A stretch of 64,000 nucleotides of DNA from Chrysomallon squamiferum (GCA_012295275.1 CM022677.1:15872001-15936000); one strand, 5' to 3'; counted from the first letter of the stretch, positions 40,373 through 53,790 are shown. Notes: a model not told the origin generated them from the letters alone. Program-made: numbers and translations.

Positions 40373-41228
40373 AGTTACCTTTTTGTCTGTTCTCTACTTT
40401 TAGTTTCATATTATTTCAATCTACTTTTGACTTACAATGTTGTTTTTAAAAGAAAGTTACTTCTCTAAAATGATTGAACGACTGAATGTGTAATGCGGAT
40501 ACGTAATTTAATTTTTGTTAATCTATCATGGATAGAGTTATACGAGATTCATACACAAAAAACCAACAAAAAAAAAAAAAATAAAAAAACAACAAACACG
40601 TGATCATTCAAATGTGAACACGTCAAGGACGAAAGAAGTAAAAATAATAATGAATATTCATATCGCTAGTCATAACAGCAATACTGAGGTTAACATTACT
40701 ATTCTAAGTACACGATGTCTCAGGTAATATGGCGTGTTATCCGCAGTCACGGAAAAAAAAACGATTTTCTGTTTTCATGAGTGGCGAAGATAGAGAATCT
40801 CGTCTTTCTTTAACAGACAACCCGGTTATCTATGAGACTGTGTTTCATTAGATACACTTCTTTTTCTGTTTATCAATTAGAGAAACGATAAAACAACGAT
40901 AATTATCAAATAAATATGTATTCATAATTTTACTCACTAAATAAACTGACAAGCGAACAGAGCTTCGATTCCGCGGTTTTCTGTTACGTCCGCAAGAATT
41001 TTATATCTACGGGTTTCGGCGATTGATTTATAAGTTGAAGTCCTGGTTTAGGAAGCGACAAGGAGGTCAAAGAGGAATAGTTAAAAATGTTGGCAGTGCT
41101 TTGATAAACATTTCGCAGCGGCAAGCGATAAGGTGCTTTACTCCAGTGTTTTATTAATTTGTATTTTTATTTTCAATCATTAGTTAGTTAGTTAATTTAT
41201 TTATTTATTTGTTTTTCTATTTCTTATT

Positions 41229-41280
<52 letters not shown>

Positions 41281-42540
41281 TTAGTAGTAGTTAAGTAGTA
41301 GAAGTAGTAGTAATGGAAATAGTAGTAGTAGTATTTCTACAAGAGTTAGGTAGCACAGCTCTAAGAAAAGCTACAGATAATTATATTAAAAATACAACAG
41401 TTTTAAGGTAGAAGTTCTAAAACATATTCTGTGCCAAGAATTTATTTATTGTTTAATAAAAATCAATGATGGACATGAGTTTTAGAAAGAAGGGTAAACT
41501 GTGGTCTATGAGTCTGAGGTTGGGGATGACAGGGCAGACTTTAGAAATCCTTGTAAGAAATGTTCTGTAATTTGATGAAAATTCAGTTCGTTACTGTGAG
41601 ACAGATAAAGGACGCAATATTGATTCATTTATTACTTCCCCTGATTCTGTCTTATTGTAAAAATTACTAGTTTCTTACTACGGAAAATAATACGAAAATG
41701 CAGTTTGCTACTGTTCTACTGCATACCCACTATTTCCATAAATGATGCTAGATTTGCTTTCTTCGTTCTTGTTTTATTTTTTAATTATTTTTATTTGTTT
41801 TATTTTGTTTGTGTTTGTGTTTTTGTATGCTAAATTGATGTTATAAATTTACGTAAATTTATGTTTAGATATCGACTTAATATTTTGTGTACAACAGAAA
41901 ATTGCAGACAATAAATAAATAAATAGATAAATAAACAAATTAAATGTATGACTAGTTTGAAATTGCTTTGTCTGAAATCCAGAAATTATAATTGTTGTTC
42001 TTTTTTTTTTTTTTTTTTTGTAATTGGATACCAATCACAATAGCATAGTGGAGCTGCATTTTAATAAAAGAAAGTCTCCCATTTTCTCCTTGAATTTTCA
42101 GAGGTTAAAAAAGTAACTATACCACACTTGTATCTTACATAGTTTTGACGACATCTGTGTCTTATAACAAATGTGAAAGAAAATTAAAATTATAAGCTCA
42201 CAATTTTAGTATTTTTACTTTATTTATTTATTATTTATTTATTTATTTATTTTTTTTTTTTTTAATAATAGTGTGAAAATAATTAAGATCGATTTTCAGG
42301 ATTTTATAGGTTTTTCGAATCTGGATAAATGCCTCAGTATCTCTGTCCAGTATCCTGGAGAAATTAGGCAGATAACTTAATTGTAATTAACATGCTGTTT
42401 ATGCATGGTTGGACTAATAAGAGATTCTCATCTGTGATTTACTTCAATCCATCACTTACACTTAACAATAATTAGTTTTCGACAATTATTCGTAGTTAAA
42501 GCTATTTCTGTCACTCGTGTGGATTTGTGGAACATGGCCG
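40373..42540 (-). repeat. Inverted copy of the 55290-57451 P4H downstream spacer
   Basis: gttacctttttgtctgttct (40374) is the reverse complement of agaacagacaaaaaggtaac (57432); the 3' flank of the 42511 gene matches that of the 53791 gene (gtgtaagtgatggattgaagtaaa). Confidence 0.92.
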
Positions 42541-44037
42541 TCTAAATAGTTGTCCCTTGTCTCGAATCCAGTAAGCTGACACCCATTTAGAGCCGACAAG
42601 AACTGGACAAGCTGCGTGCAAAGTGTCCAGGTTTGGTTTACCATTACGATGTAAATTATACCAAAACGCTGCTGCACCTTTTTCAGGTAATATTCTTACA
42701 CCAAGATAGGGGAAGACTGTTGCCCCTCCTTCTTCTACGTTACTCATGTAGATTAACCACGTGGCAATCCTGTTTCCTTCGGTCGAAATAATTTTACTAT
42801 CATCGATGTAGTCATTATGAAGTTCGTAAAACCCTCCTATTCCATAGTTTGCAACCTGCAGAAATTCTGAGTATTTCATGGACAGTCCTGTGATGGCTTC
42901 GACTCTTTTCTGGATTTTCAAATCTGAATTTGTCTGAATTGGTGACAGAAATACGTTTTCGCTAATTCTGAATTTCGAAACTGAGCTTTTGCCATCAGCG
43001 TGAACAAGAGACCTTTTTAAAAGTGGATTAGAGACTGTTTTAATTTCCTCTATCTCCCTGTCGCTGACAATATCATGATAGACGATTATTGTTGGTGACA
43101 TATGAAGAATCTCCTCTTTCGCTGGCTGTAAAACCAGGAACGGTTGGTTGTTATTATTGTAGTAACATTTCAACTTATGTTTATTTCGAATTTTATTTTT
43201 TTCTTTACCACGACATATAGAAGGGTAAATCATATCTTCTTGAGACTTCATTTTTTGCCCTATTGTTTCCTTTTCACCGTTTCGAAATTCTGTGTATTTT
43301 GTTCTTCTGTCGAGTGCTTTCTGGAGATAAGGATCTAAATATAATTGTTCATTTGTAAGTTTCAAGACTTCTTTTATGTCTCCTTCCATTTCTCTACCGT
43401 ATATTGCATATTCAAGAAGTTCTAGCCGATACACATTTTCAATCTTTTCAGTTCTTTCTTTATTAAGAGCTATTTCCATCCAAATATACAAATGGCGATA
43501 CTCTGTTAAATTGTAGGCTAGCCGGCCTAGATGATAACAGTCTTCTGAAGATAAAGCATGTATATATCGTTCATTAATAAAACCCTCTGCCAATCTTGTC
43601 GCATTTAATTTGTATGTGTCTTGAAGACGAAAGATAGCTGCAGCCACACCTTGCAAGTCTTCGTAGTTAGGAAGATTTTTACGTATCTCGTTTATTTTAA
43701 GTAGATATAATTCAGACTTGATTCCTAAAATTACTGGTGCTACTTGTCGATCCCAGTCCAAAGTAAAACGCTTAACAAATAGAAACGCACCAATTGGATT
43801 GAAAATATAACGTACTGGGTCTTCTCTTGAGTTCCAACTGTGTTCTTCCATGTTATCTGAAATTGTACTTAGTTTTCTCCATCTGCTTTCTTCAGCAAGT
43901 GTACGTGCTAATTTCCTTATAGTTATTGCCAAATCTCTTTCAGCCTCTAGTGCGTTAAACAGATGTGATGTCGATAAAAAGAGATGTGAGTTCGCGACTG
44001 GCATCATCAACAACAACGTGAGAAAATTCTGAAACAT
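42511..44037 (-). CDS. P4HA: Prolyl 4-hydroxylase alpha subunit-like, intronless, 508 aa
   Basis: True start is most likely the ATG at 44037 (MFQNFLTLLLMMPVANS) by homology with the paralogs; HND, HAACPVLVGSKW and all four structural Cys present. Confidence 0.95.
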   Translation of the reverse strand: MFQNFLTLLLMMPVANSHLFLSTSHLFNALEAERDLAITIRKLARTLAEESRWRKLSTISDNMEEHSWNSREDPVRYIFNPIGAFLFVKRFTLDWDRQVAPVILGIKSELYLLKINEIRKNLPNYEDLQGVAAAIFRLQDTYKLNATRLAEGFINERYIHALSSEDCYHLGRLAYNLTEYRHLYIWMEIALNKERTEKIENVYRLELLEYAIYGREMEGDIKEVLKLTNEQLYLDPYLQKALDRRTKYTEFRNGEKETIGQKMKSQEDMIYPSICRGKEKNKIRNKHKLKCYYNNNNQPFLVLQPAKEEILHMSPTIIVYHDIVSDREIEEIKTVSNPLLKRSLVHADGKSSVSKFRISENVFLSPIQTNSDLKIQKRVEAITGLSMKYSEFLQVANYGIGGFYELHNDYIDDSKIISTEGNRIATWLIYMSNVEEGGATVFPYLGVRILPEKGAAAFWYNLHRNGKPNLDTLHAACPVLVGSKWVSAYWIRDKGQLFRRPCSTNPHE

Positions 44038-44384
44038 ATCTCTTCTTTTAAAATACAATTGTTTTTGTTAACTGTTGAGATATTTGTGCAACACTTAAAG
44101 GAAGTGCTTTAAATGAAGGATTAGGTGACGATAAAAATATCATTTTCAATTAATTTTATTGCTGAAAAACCTGTGTAGTAATAACGTTATTAAAAATAAC
44201 AAAAATAAAATAAAAGAAAGCAGATTAGGCATTATAATATAAATTACATACATAAAACTCAATAAAGTTTGCTTCACTAATATATATGTATATATTAATA
44301 ATACGGAAGAAAGTTAAAATTATTGCAGCATATTTTTTTTGTTCGTATGCGAGCTCAAATTAACTATCGTCATTGTGTTTAATT

Positions 44385-44416
<32 letters not shown>

Positions 44417-45619
44417 TCGTTGTCTCATTCTGTTAATTTTATGTTTATATGGGGAGCGCTGGTGTTTTTCATTTACTGACCCCGATGTTTGGTCAGTGAC
44501 TTTGCCTTAGGAAATTTAAAATACAATTAATGATGGAACAAACTGAAAGATTAATGTGGAAGCATCATATGGGTTTTGTTTATGTAACATGAATACAATT
44601 ACGGTGGAATAATAAAGAAACATGCCTAATAATTTCGAGTGGGACTTAATCTGAATGCTGACATTTGCCCTTATTTATCGAATTATTTATTTTTATTTTG
44701 CTTGAGCAGATTAAATTTTAAGTCAATTTAAATTTTAATCTAAGACAACTGTTTGACGTTATTGAAATACTTCATTTGTCTTTTAAGAAAAGTCAGTTAC
44801 CACTGTGGCATATTGGCCCCATATTTTTTTATTTACTATTATTTTTATTTTTATTATTATTAGTAGTAGTAGTAGTTTATTTATTTGTTATCATTATTAT
44901 TTAAAAAAAATTATGATCACTGATTTAAGACTGAAATACTTAAGGTCTATCTGTCAAAATTAAATGTTTATGATTAACAACCTAAACAAGCACACTGTAT
45001 CAGGACAAGTAGTAACAATATCTTGATAATTGCTGTATGTGTCTCTGTGTTTTGTTATTTGTCTGTGTTCTGTCTGCCTGTGTATGTGTGTCCGTAAGAA
45101 GAAAATGGAATTTATACAAGATGATGACATTCCTTTGCTTTGTATTTTCCAGATGCTCTACTAGGACCAAGTTTCAGCTGTCAATTCATTTATTTCTCGG
45201 GTCTCTAGCAATTAACTTTTTTTTTTTTTTTTTGTGTAGTTATATTTGCACAATTTACTTATTACTTCAATTCTTTTTTATTTTCAGCCCTATTGGCTAT
45301 TGAGATTAATAAATAGCATTTTCAGATTTAAAAAAAAAAAAAAAAAAAAAACGTATCAGCTTGTGTGTACCCGAATAGTTTCTAAAACCTATTTCCAGCT
45401 GTGTTATCGTGTATGTTTTAGGAGAGGTGTCCATTCTGAATGTCTTGTGAAGTGCTGTATTCAAAATGTGTTTTCTTTTCCAGTTACAATGTCATATTTC
45501 ATTCTGTTAATTAATAACTTGTTTTTACCTATTTCATTTTACAGCAAGTGTGAATTCATTAATTAATAATTTGTTTTAATATATTTCTTTTTTAAGGCAG
45601 GTAGTGAATTTGTTCTGAT

Positions 45620-46530
45620 ATGTCACCAAAGAAAAAAAGAAAAAATCCTTTTATTCAAAAACCTGGGATTCATTGCCAGTACTTGATTGACAATTTCAGG
45701 TATGATGGTGGTGAAGTTAGAAATGGTCATGTCATTTCGATGTACTTGGAAAATGAACGTTCACCTGGTAGAGCACTTGTAAAGATGAAGGAGAAATTAG
45801 GTGAATATTGCCACATGATTTCTGCCACCTGATGAAACAATCATTTGAAAGATTCACTCGTGCAAATTTCCACAGATCAGAACTGGCAAAATTTGAAGCA
45901 GTTTATCATGAGATATTCACAATATGACCATAAATGTCAGAACAGAAAGCAGTAGCTCAACAGAAATCAGCTACAGGCACTCAGAACATTTCAGAATCTG
46001 ATAGCAGCATTGAGAACAGTACAGTTCTAAATCAGGAGACACCAGATGCTTGTACTCAGAACATTTCAGTATCAAACAATTCAACATCACGAACTATGAC
46101 TGAATATTCAGTGAGTACATGATGTAGCAATTTGACACCAGAGGTGATAAAATTGAAGAAGCATCGGCAGCTTTTGTCAAAATCAAATTTCGATATGAGT
46201 GGAGAGTACTAAAGTAACCTGAGAAAGTTAAAAAGCAATTTAGAAATCCGAGTCGAGTGTTGAATACGACTCTGAAACGAAAAGAAAATACTGTCAAAAA
46301 ATCACAAGCCAAAAATCCAAATCTTAAAGGAGAAGCTTATCAGCAACATTTTGTTTAAATACCTTATACGAGCAAAGAATGGTCTTCATAATGAAAGAGA
46401 AAAACACAGGAAACTGCTGTTTGGAAACAAGAAAAAAAGAGCAGTGAAATTTGTGTCGTTTGAAGCATTTGCTAGGTTGAAAAAAAATGGTGAGAGAAAA
46501 AGATGAAAGAATATGGATGTTGGAAAATGA
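45620..46530 (+). pseudogene. Decayed ORF of unknown family beginning MSPKKKRK (copy 2)
   Basis: ORF fragments 45620-45832 and 45934-46122 are homologous to 26176-27130; followed by ~38-bp tandem repeats (attaaaactgttcttatc...) at 46600-46765. Confidence 0.45.
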
Positions 46531-47507
46531 AAAACTGATATTGGAAGAAACTGTTCAATTGTACGATCAACATTCTTTTGATCAAAGCAATACAAACATA
46601 TTAAAACTGTTCTTATCCAAACAGTACAAACTGTAAGAGATTAAAACTGTTGTTATCAAACCACTACAAACTGTGAGAGATTAAAACTGTTCTTGTTAAA
46701 CATGTAAGAAAGTCTTCGATCAAACCACTGCAAAAGTGTCACAGATTATAACTGTTCTTATCAAATATGCACAATGTTGTTTCACATGCAATATGGTGGA
46801 TCTGATGGAAAGTGAATTATCTAGTATTACAAAAAGATGACTGCACAGTAAAAACAAGTTTTGGTGCTGTCAACGAGAAAAATGTTATTCTAAACCCGAA
46901 TACCATTCTGGGGTTTGATGACGTCAATCAGAACAATGCCATTCCAAGTCAGAATACCAGTTTATGGTTTGGTGATGTCAATCTGAAGGTTTTTCTCACA
47001 AAACACAGAACATTTTACAACTGAGTTGTCAGAGTTACCTGTTTATGTGTATATACAAACCAGTTCAGTCACATAAACAGTGAAAACATCTATTTCAATA
47101 TAAACTTTATATACAGATGTATATGAAGATGGCTAGACTTTGTTTTCTGAAATACTTGTCATTCAAAGGATCACACATAACAAAGGGGAATGCTGAATCA
47201 TCATTCAAATCTGAAAATTAGTTCACTTACAAGGATTAGTGGGAAATTAATTACAGTAACAGCAAAATTTGTTACAAAATTACAAATGTTAAATTTCTGA
47301 GATAATAAAAAAAATAACTGTTAGTTTTAGTTAATAAAATAATAATTAAATTTGTTCGATAATAAATTAAAGTTAACTTTGTTATGTAATAAATAACAAT
47401 TACATTTTTTAAAGTACATAATGACAGTTAGATTTTGAAACAGAAGTTTTAAACTTTAAAAAAAAAATGTTAATTTGTTGTCATTTTTACATTGATTTTT
47501 ACATTAG

Positions 47508-47945
47508 TTTTAGAAAGAAGGATAAACTGTGGTCTATGAGTCAGATTGGGGATGACAGGGCGTGGACTTTGTAAATCCTTGAAAGTCATTTTCTGTAGGT
47601 TCTTGCTAGGGGCAGATAATGGAAGAAATATTGATTTATCTATTACTTCCCCTAACTCAGTCCTATTGTAACAATTTCAAGTTTGTTACTGGGAAAAATA
47701 ATATGAAAATGAAATTTGTTATTGTCCCATTGCATACCTACTATTTCCATCACTCATAGTAGTTTTGTTTTCTTTGTTCTTGTTTTCTTTTATTTAAATT
47801 GATGATATAAGTTTATGCAAATCTATTTTTGGATTTCATCTTAGAATTGATTGTACAACAGAAAAATGCCCCCCCCAAAAAAAAAAAAAAAAAAAAAAAA
47901 ATGTTTATACTCTTTGAAGATGATTTATTTGAAATTCAGAAATTA
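47508..47945 (+). repeat. Interspersed repeat fragment also present at ~41480-41990 (+) and ~55870-56330 (-)
   Basis: Shared ttttagaaagaagg(g/a)taaactgtggtctatgagtc..ttggggatgacagggc and downstream attacttccc motifs. Confidence 0.7.
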
Positions 47946-48713
47946 TTTTTTTTTTTTTTCTTTTTTTTTTACTGCTAGTACTACCTACCAACATAAGATT
48001 TTAATTACGTTTTAATGACAAAAGCATTTGAACTATCAGACAGCGGTTCAGAAAATAACTAAATTGGATTTGAATCTACTTTACATGATATCTCAGAGCT
48101 CAATGTGGAATTGCGTACTGCTGAAAAGTGATAAATATAAAGAATTGTTTGATTTATTTATTTACTATTATTTCATTTTTATTTTGTTTATTATTTTATT
48201 TTATTCTTGTTCAAAGTGATAAATCAAAATCAGAAAAATAAAACTTAACATTTTATGTCTATGTCTATGCGTATTCTATTCCATTAAGTATTTTAGATGT
48301 GTTTTCAAAGTTTTCTTTGAACTAACCTACGTGAGGACAAAAGTAACACTGAATTATTTTTATTGCAGAAAAACCTGGCACACTAATAAAGTGATTTTAT
48401 GAAAAGAAAAATTAACAACAGTAATGTGGAAAGAGTTGAAAAGTGAAATCTAAATTACGACTATCTTTGGTGTTACAATTTCTTTCATTGTCTGCTGTCT
48501 TAAATTCACTATCTTTAAAATTATGTTCGGACCTTTAAAAATCAAGTTTGTGAACAGATAATTCTTATCCTGTAGTAAAGATAAAATTTAAAAAAGATGA
48601 ATATTATAATATTTTAAATGCATCACATAAATTTTGAATATAAAATAGCTTAGTTATCTAAATAAGAAACAAACAAATACGTTACCACGTTTTATTTGTT
48701 AAAAAGTCATCTT

Positions 48714-50243
48714 CTACTCGAGTGAATGTATGGAACATGGCCATCTAAATATTTGCTCCTTTTCTCGAATCCAGTAAGTTGCTACCCATTTAGAGCCAAT
48801 AAGAACTGGACAAGCTGCGTGCTTTGTTTTAGGGTTTGGTTTGCCATTACGATGTAAATTATACCAAAACGCTGCTGCACCTTTCTCAGGTGATATTCTT
48901 ACACCAAGATAGGGGAAAACTGTCGCACCTCCTTCTTCTACGTTACTCATGTAGATTAACCAAGTCGCAATTCTGTTTCCGTACATTGCAATACCTTCAA
49001 CATCATCTATGTAGTCCCTGTGAAGTTCGTAGTACCCGCCTACTCCATAGTTTGCCACCTGCAACATTTCAGAGCTTTCCATCAATAGACCTGTGATCGC
49101 TTCAACTCTTTTCTGGATTTTCGAATCTGCGGTTGTCTCTGTTTTGAGCAGAAACACGTGCTTGCTAATTCTGAATCTCGAAATGAACTTTTTACCATCG
49201 ATAACAATACGAGCTTTCTCTAACAGTGGATTAGAGACTCTTTTAATTTCATCGATTTCCCTCTCGCTGACAATATCATGATAGACGATTATTGTCGGTG
49301 AAATATGAAGAATCTCCTCTTTCGCTGGCTGCAAAACTAGAAATGGATGGTAATTATTATTATTGTAATAACATTTCAACTTATGTTTGTTTTGAATTTG
49401 AATTTTTTCTTTCCCTCGACATAGAGAAGTGTAACTCTCATAGTGTTGAGAGTTGCTTTTTTGGACATTCCCTTTGTTTTTGTTGTTTAGAAATTCGGTA
49501 TATTTTGTCCTTCTGTCGCGTGCTTTCTGGAGATAAGGATCTAAATATAACTGTTCATTTGTAAGTTTCAAGGCTTCTTTTATGTCTCCTTCAATTTCTC
49601 TTCCATGTATTGCATATTCAAGAAGTTCTAACCGAGACACATTTGGAATTTTTTCAGTTCTCTCTTTATTAAGAGCTATTTCCATCCAAATATATAAATA
49701 TCGATGCTCTGTTAAATTGTAGGCTAGCCGGCCTAAATGATAACAGTCTTCTGAAGATAAAGCATGTATATATCGTTCATTAATAAAACCCTCTGCCAAT
49801 CTAGTAGCATTTAATTTGTATGTGTCTTGCAGACGAAAGATAGCTGCAGCTACGCCTTCCAAATCTTCGTTGTTAGGTAGATTTTTACGTATGTCGTTTA
49901 TTTTAAGTACATATAATTCAGACATGATTCCTAAAATTATTGGTGCTAGTTGTCGTTCCCAGTCCAAAGTAAAACGTTTAACAAATAAGAACGCACCAAT
50001 TGGATTGAAAATATAACGTACTGGGTCTTCCCTAGCCTTCCAGCTGTGTTCTTCCATGTTATCTGAAATTGTATTCAGTTTTCTCCATTTGTTTTCTTCA
50101 GCAACTGTACGTGCTAGTTTTCTTATTGTTATTGCCAAATCTCTTTCATCGTGTAGTGCGTTGTACAGATGTGATGTCGATGAAAAGAGATTTGAGTGCG
50201 CGACTGGTATCAGCAATAACAAAATCAGAAAGTTGTGATACAT
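48714..50243 (-). CDS. P4HA: Prolyl 4-hydroxylase alpha subunit-like, intronless, 509 aa (close paralog of 27988-29517)
   Basis: Signal peptide, HRD, HAACPVLIGSKW; catalytic domain almost identical to the 27988 copy. Confidence 0.95.
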   Translation of the reverse strand: MYHNFLILLLLIPVAHSNLFSSTSHLYNALHDERDLAITIRKLARTVAEENKWRKLNTISDNMEEHSWKAREDPVRYIFNPIGAFLFVKRFTLDWERQLAPIILGIMSELYVLKINDIRKNLPNNEDLEGVAAAIFRLQDTYKLNATRLAEGFINERYIHALSSEDCYHLGRLAYNLTEHRYLYIWMEIALNKERTEKIPNVSRLELLEYAIHGREIEGDIKEALKLTNEQLYLDPYLQKARDRRTKYTEFLNNKNKGNVQKSNSQHYESYTSLCRGKEKIQIQNKHKLKCYYNNNNYHPFLVLQPAKEEILHISPTIIVYHDIVSEREIDEIKRVSNPLLEKARIVIDGKKFISRFRISKHVFLLKTETTADSKIQKRVEAITGLLMESSEMLQVANYGVGGYYELHRDYIDDVEGIAMYGNRIATWLIYMSNVEEGGATVFPYLGVRISPEKGAAAFWYNLHRNGKPNPKTKHAACPVLIGSKWVATYWIREKEQIFRWPCSIHSLE

Positions 50244-50571
50244 ATCTCTTCGTTTAGAATATAATTATTTTGGTGAATTGTTTAGAGCACAATACAACGA
50301 AACAAGTCGTATTTCCATATGTGTTTTCAAAGTGCGTTGTTTTTCACTTACATAAATGACGACGAAAGTATTACTTTAAAATTAATTTTATTGCTGGAAA
50401 ACCTGTTCCAGTAGTAACGCAATTAAACAAATTAAAAAAAATTAACGATAATAACGTGTGAAGAACTTTTTTTTTTTTTTTTTTTTTCCAGGATTTTTTA
50501 TTTCTAGAAGTCGGATAAACGATCCTGTACCTACCCTGTTAGAGAAACTCGTCAGAGAACCTCCTATGTTC

Positions 50572-50613
50572 CACTGGCATCATCAACAACAACCTGAGAA
50601 TGTTCTGGAACAT
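50572..50613 (-). pseudogene. P4H 5' relic (signal peptide only), copy 2
   Basis: Reads MFQNILRLLLMMPV, then the same unrelated junction as at 29831. Confidence 0.75.
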
Positions 50614-51694
50614 ACTTCTTCTTTTAGTACATAAATATTTTTAGTGAATTGTCGTTTTAAATAACCCTAAGTAAGAATGAAAATATTACTTTCAAATTCT
50701 TTTTATAGGTGAAAATGTAATACAGTAATAACGTTAATAAGAAAAAAAATAAAAAATAATAAAAATGATGCTCATAATATATATACATACAAAATAATAA
50801 TAATAGAGAAGAAAAAAGTAAATTATGGGTCTATTGTTTCTCTGTTCCTGTACAATCATTATTATTATTTTTTTTAATTATATTTTACTGTTCTTTACTT
50901 ATTTCAATCAACTTTTCACTTAAAGTGTTGTTTCCAAAATATGATGACCTTGGTAAAATGATCGACCTTTTGAATGTATAATTTTGATTTATAACTTAAG
51001 TTTTCCTTATATATCATGAGTAAAAAATACAGATAAACAAGAAAACAAAACAAAACAAACAAACAATGGGAGCACTGAATGTTAGAATATGACCAGTGTT
51101 ATAGATTTAAAGATACCAATGAATATTCATGTTTTGAAAAGTATTTTAAGTACATATTCAGCCTCGCAGTTCCACGTATTATCGGAATATTGGAGAAGAA
51201 CACAGATGGAGAATCAACTTATCAAGTTAGAAGATTTAAAATATGTTCTGGTACCAAGATGTGGTCACAGACCGGTTATCGGATTAAGTAGCAGACTGTG
51301 TCTAAAAAAAATATTTTGTTAGAGAGAGAGAGAGAGAGATTTTTAACTAAAAGAGAGAGAGAGTTGGAGAGAGAAAACCAGAAAAAAAGAAAATGGCGAT
51401 AACTAAAACACACTACGTTGGATTACAATTCAAAAATAATTCTTATTTGATCTCGTTTTCGAGTTTTAATTCTTTATTACTTTTCCTTTTCACCTTAACA
51501 TTGCATCAGATGTCTCAGTAATAAAATTAACTTACAAATATTTTTTTTTTTTTTTTTTACTTCAATCATATCAATTCAGAGAAATACAATACATTGAAAA
51601 CACATCTGCATTATATCCATTTTAGTGCAGCATTCAACTCTAAAAAAAGGTATTTGAAACTGCAGCAAAACGATATTATTCTATACAAACAGAC

Positions 51695-53229
51695 ATGTAT
51701 CGGAAATTTCTCACGTTGTTGTTCGTGATGTCAGTAGCGAACTCACATCTCTTTTTGTCGACATCACATCTGTATAATGCACTACACGCTGAAAGAAATT
51801 TGGCAATAACCATAAAGAAATTAGCACGTACACTTGCTGAAGAAAACAAATGGAGAAAACTAAATACAGTTTCAGATAAAATGGAAGAACACAGCTGGAA
51901 TGGAATGCAAGACAAGACCCAGTACGTTATATTTTCAATCCAATTGGTGCGTATTTATTTGTTAAATGTTTTACTTTGGACTGGGATCAAGAAGTAGCAC
52001 CAGTAATTTTAGGAATCAAGTCTGAATTACATATACTTAAAATATAAAACATACGCAAAAATCTTCCTAACTACGAAGATTTAGAAGGCGTAGCTGCAGC
52101 TATGTTTCGTCTTCAAGACACATACAAATTAAATGCGACAAGATTGGCAGAGGGTTTTATTAATGAACGATATATACATGCTTTATCTTCAGAAGACTGT
52201 TATCATCTAGGCCGGCTAGCCTACAATTTAACAGAGTATCGCTATTTGTATATTTGGAAGGAAATAGCCCTTAATAAAGAAAGAACTGGAAAGATTCAAA
52301 GTGTGTCTAGGCTAGAAATTCTTGAATATGGAACAATCGGTAGAGAAATGGAAGGAGACATAAAAGAAGCCTTGAAACTTACAAACGAACAATTACATTT
52401 AGATCCTTATCTCCAGAAAGCACTCGACAGAAGAACAAAATATACAGAATTTCTAAACGGTAAGAAGAAAACAAATGGCCAAAAAATCAAGTCTCAAGAA
52501 CATATGATTTACACTTCTCTATGTCGTGGTAAAGAAGAAATTAAAATTCGAAATAAAGACAAGCTGAAGTGTTACTACACTAACAATAATAACCATCCGT
52601 TCCTAGTTTTGAAGCCAGCCAAAGACGAGATTCTTCATATTTCACCACTAGTAGTTGTCTATCACGATATTGTCAGCGACAGAGAAATTGAGGAAATTAA
52701 AACAGTCTCTAATCCACGTTTAGAAAAAGGTCATGTAATTGTTGACGGGAAAAGGTTAATTTCGAGACTGAGAATTATCAAAAGTGTGTTTCTATTTTCG
52801 ACTGAGACAACCGCCGATTTGAAAATCCAGAAAAGAGTTGAAGCGATCACAGGTCTATCGATGAAAAGCTCGGAAATGTTGCAGGTTGCAAACTATGGAA
52901 TAGGTGGGTTCCATAAACTTCATAGAGACTACATGGATGACACTGAAAGTAATTCGACGGAAGGAAACCGAATTGCCACATGTTTAATCTACATGAGTAA
53001 CGTAGAAGAAGGAGGTGCAACAGTTTTCCCCTATCTTGGTCTAAGAATATTACCTGAAAAAGGTGCAGCAGCCTTTTGGTATAATTTATATCGTAATGGC
53101 AAACCAGACACCAAAACAAGACATGCGGCTTGTCCAGTTCTTGTCGGTTCCAAATGGGTATCAACTTACTGGATTCGAGAGAAGGGACAAATATTTAGAC
53201 GGCCATGCTCCACATATTCACACGAGTAG
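51695..53229 (+). pseudogene. P4HA: P4H alpha-like pseudogene (5-nt duplication frameshift plus in-frame TAA)
   Basis: tggaa duplicated at 51896-51905; TAA at 52045-52047, the same site as in the 30975 copy. The downstream 375-aa frame 52102-53229 keeps HRD, H and K. Confidence 0.9.
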
Positions 53230-53589
53230 GACATGAAATTTTAAACAAATAAAACATGTGGTAACTTTCTTGTTTGTTTCCTCTGCATATTAAACTCATT
53301 CCAGCTATACAAGGATTTGCTTTTTATTTAAAATTTATGTGACTTATTTAATATGTTAATAATATTCAGGCTATATATTTTTTTTTCTTTTATCTTTCTG
53401 AAAGAATACAAATAATTTTCTGTTAAAAAAACTTGATATTTAAGGGTTCGAATAATATTTTAGCGATAGTAATTTTAAAACAGCAGAACAAGAAAGAAGC
53501 TATACACCCAGATAAAGCGATAATTTATATTTTACGGGTTTAATTTTCCACATTATTATTGTTAATTTATCTTTTCTTAATTACATGTC

Positions 53590-53790
53590 TACTGTGCCAG
53601 GTTTTTCAGCAATAAAATTAATTTTAAAGGGTTATTTTTGTCGTCAATTACGTTAGTTCAAAGAAAACGCTTTGACAACACATCTGGAAAAACAGCTTGT
53701 TTTATTGCTTCATTACATTCACTTTCTTTAAGTATTTTGCTGAGAAGAGTATCTGGATAAGTAAGAAAATTATATTCTAAAACAAGAGAT
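53590..53790 (+). promoter_or_regulatory. Conserved ~200-bp upstream element shared by the P4H copies (putative promoter)
   Basis: ccaggtttt(c)tcagcaataaaatt..tt(t)aaag...agttcaaa..aaac.ctttga.aacacatct...cactt(c)ctttaagtat recurs upstream of 57781, 59872, 44037, 29517, 50243 and the relics. Function is inferred from position only. Confidence 0.55.

Larger units (their letters stand above)
45098..53205 (+). repeat. Segmental duplication block A, copy 2
   Basis: Collinear with 25630-32480, with about 1.3 kb extra at ~46760-48020. Confidence 0.93.

Noticed and set aside
25630-53205. Blocks A and B as pure assembly artefacts (false duplication)
   Set aside because: Copies differ by many substitutions, indels and structural changes. 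Uncollapsed divergent haplotypes cannot be fully excluded without read depth.
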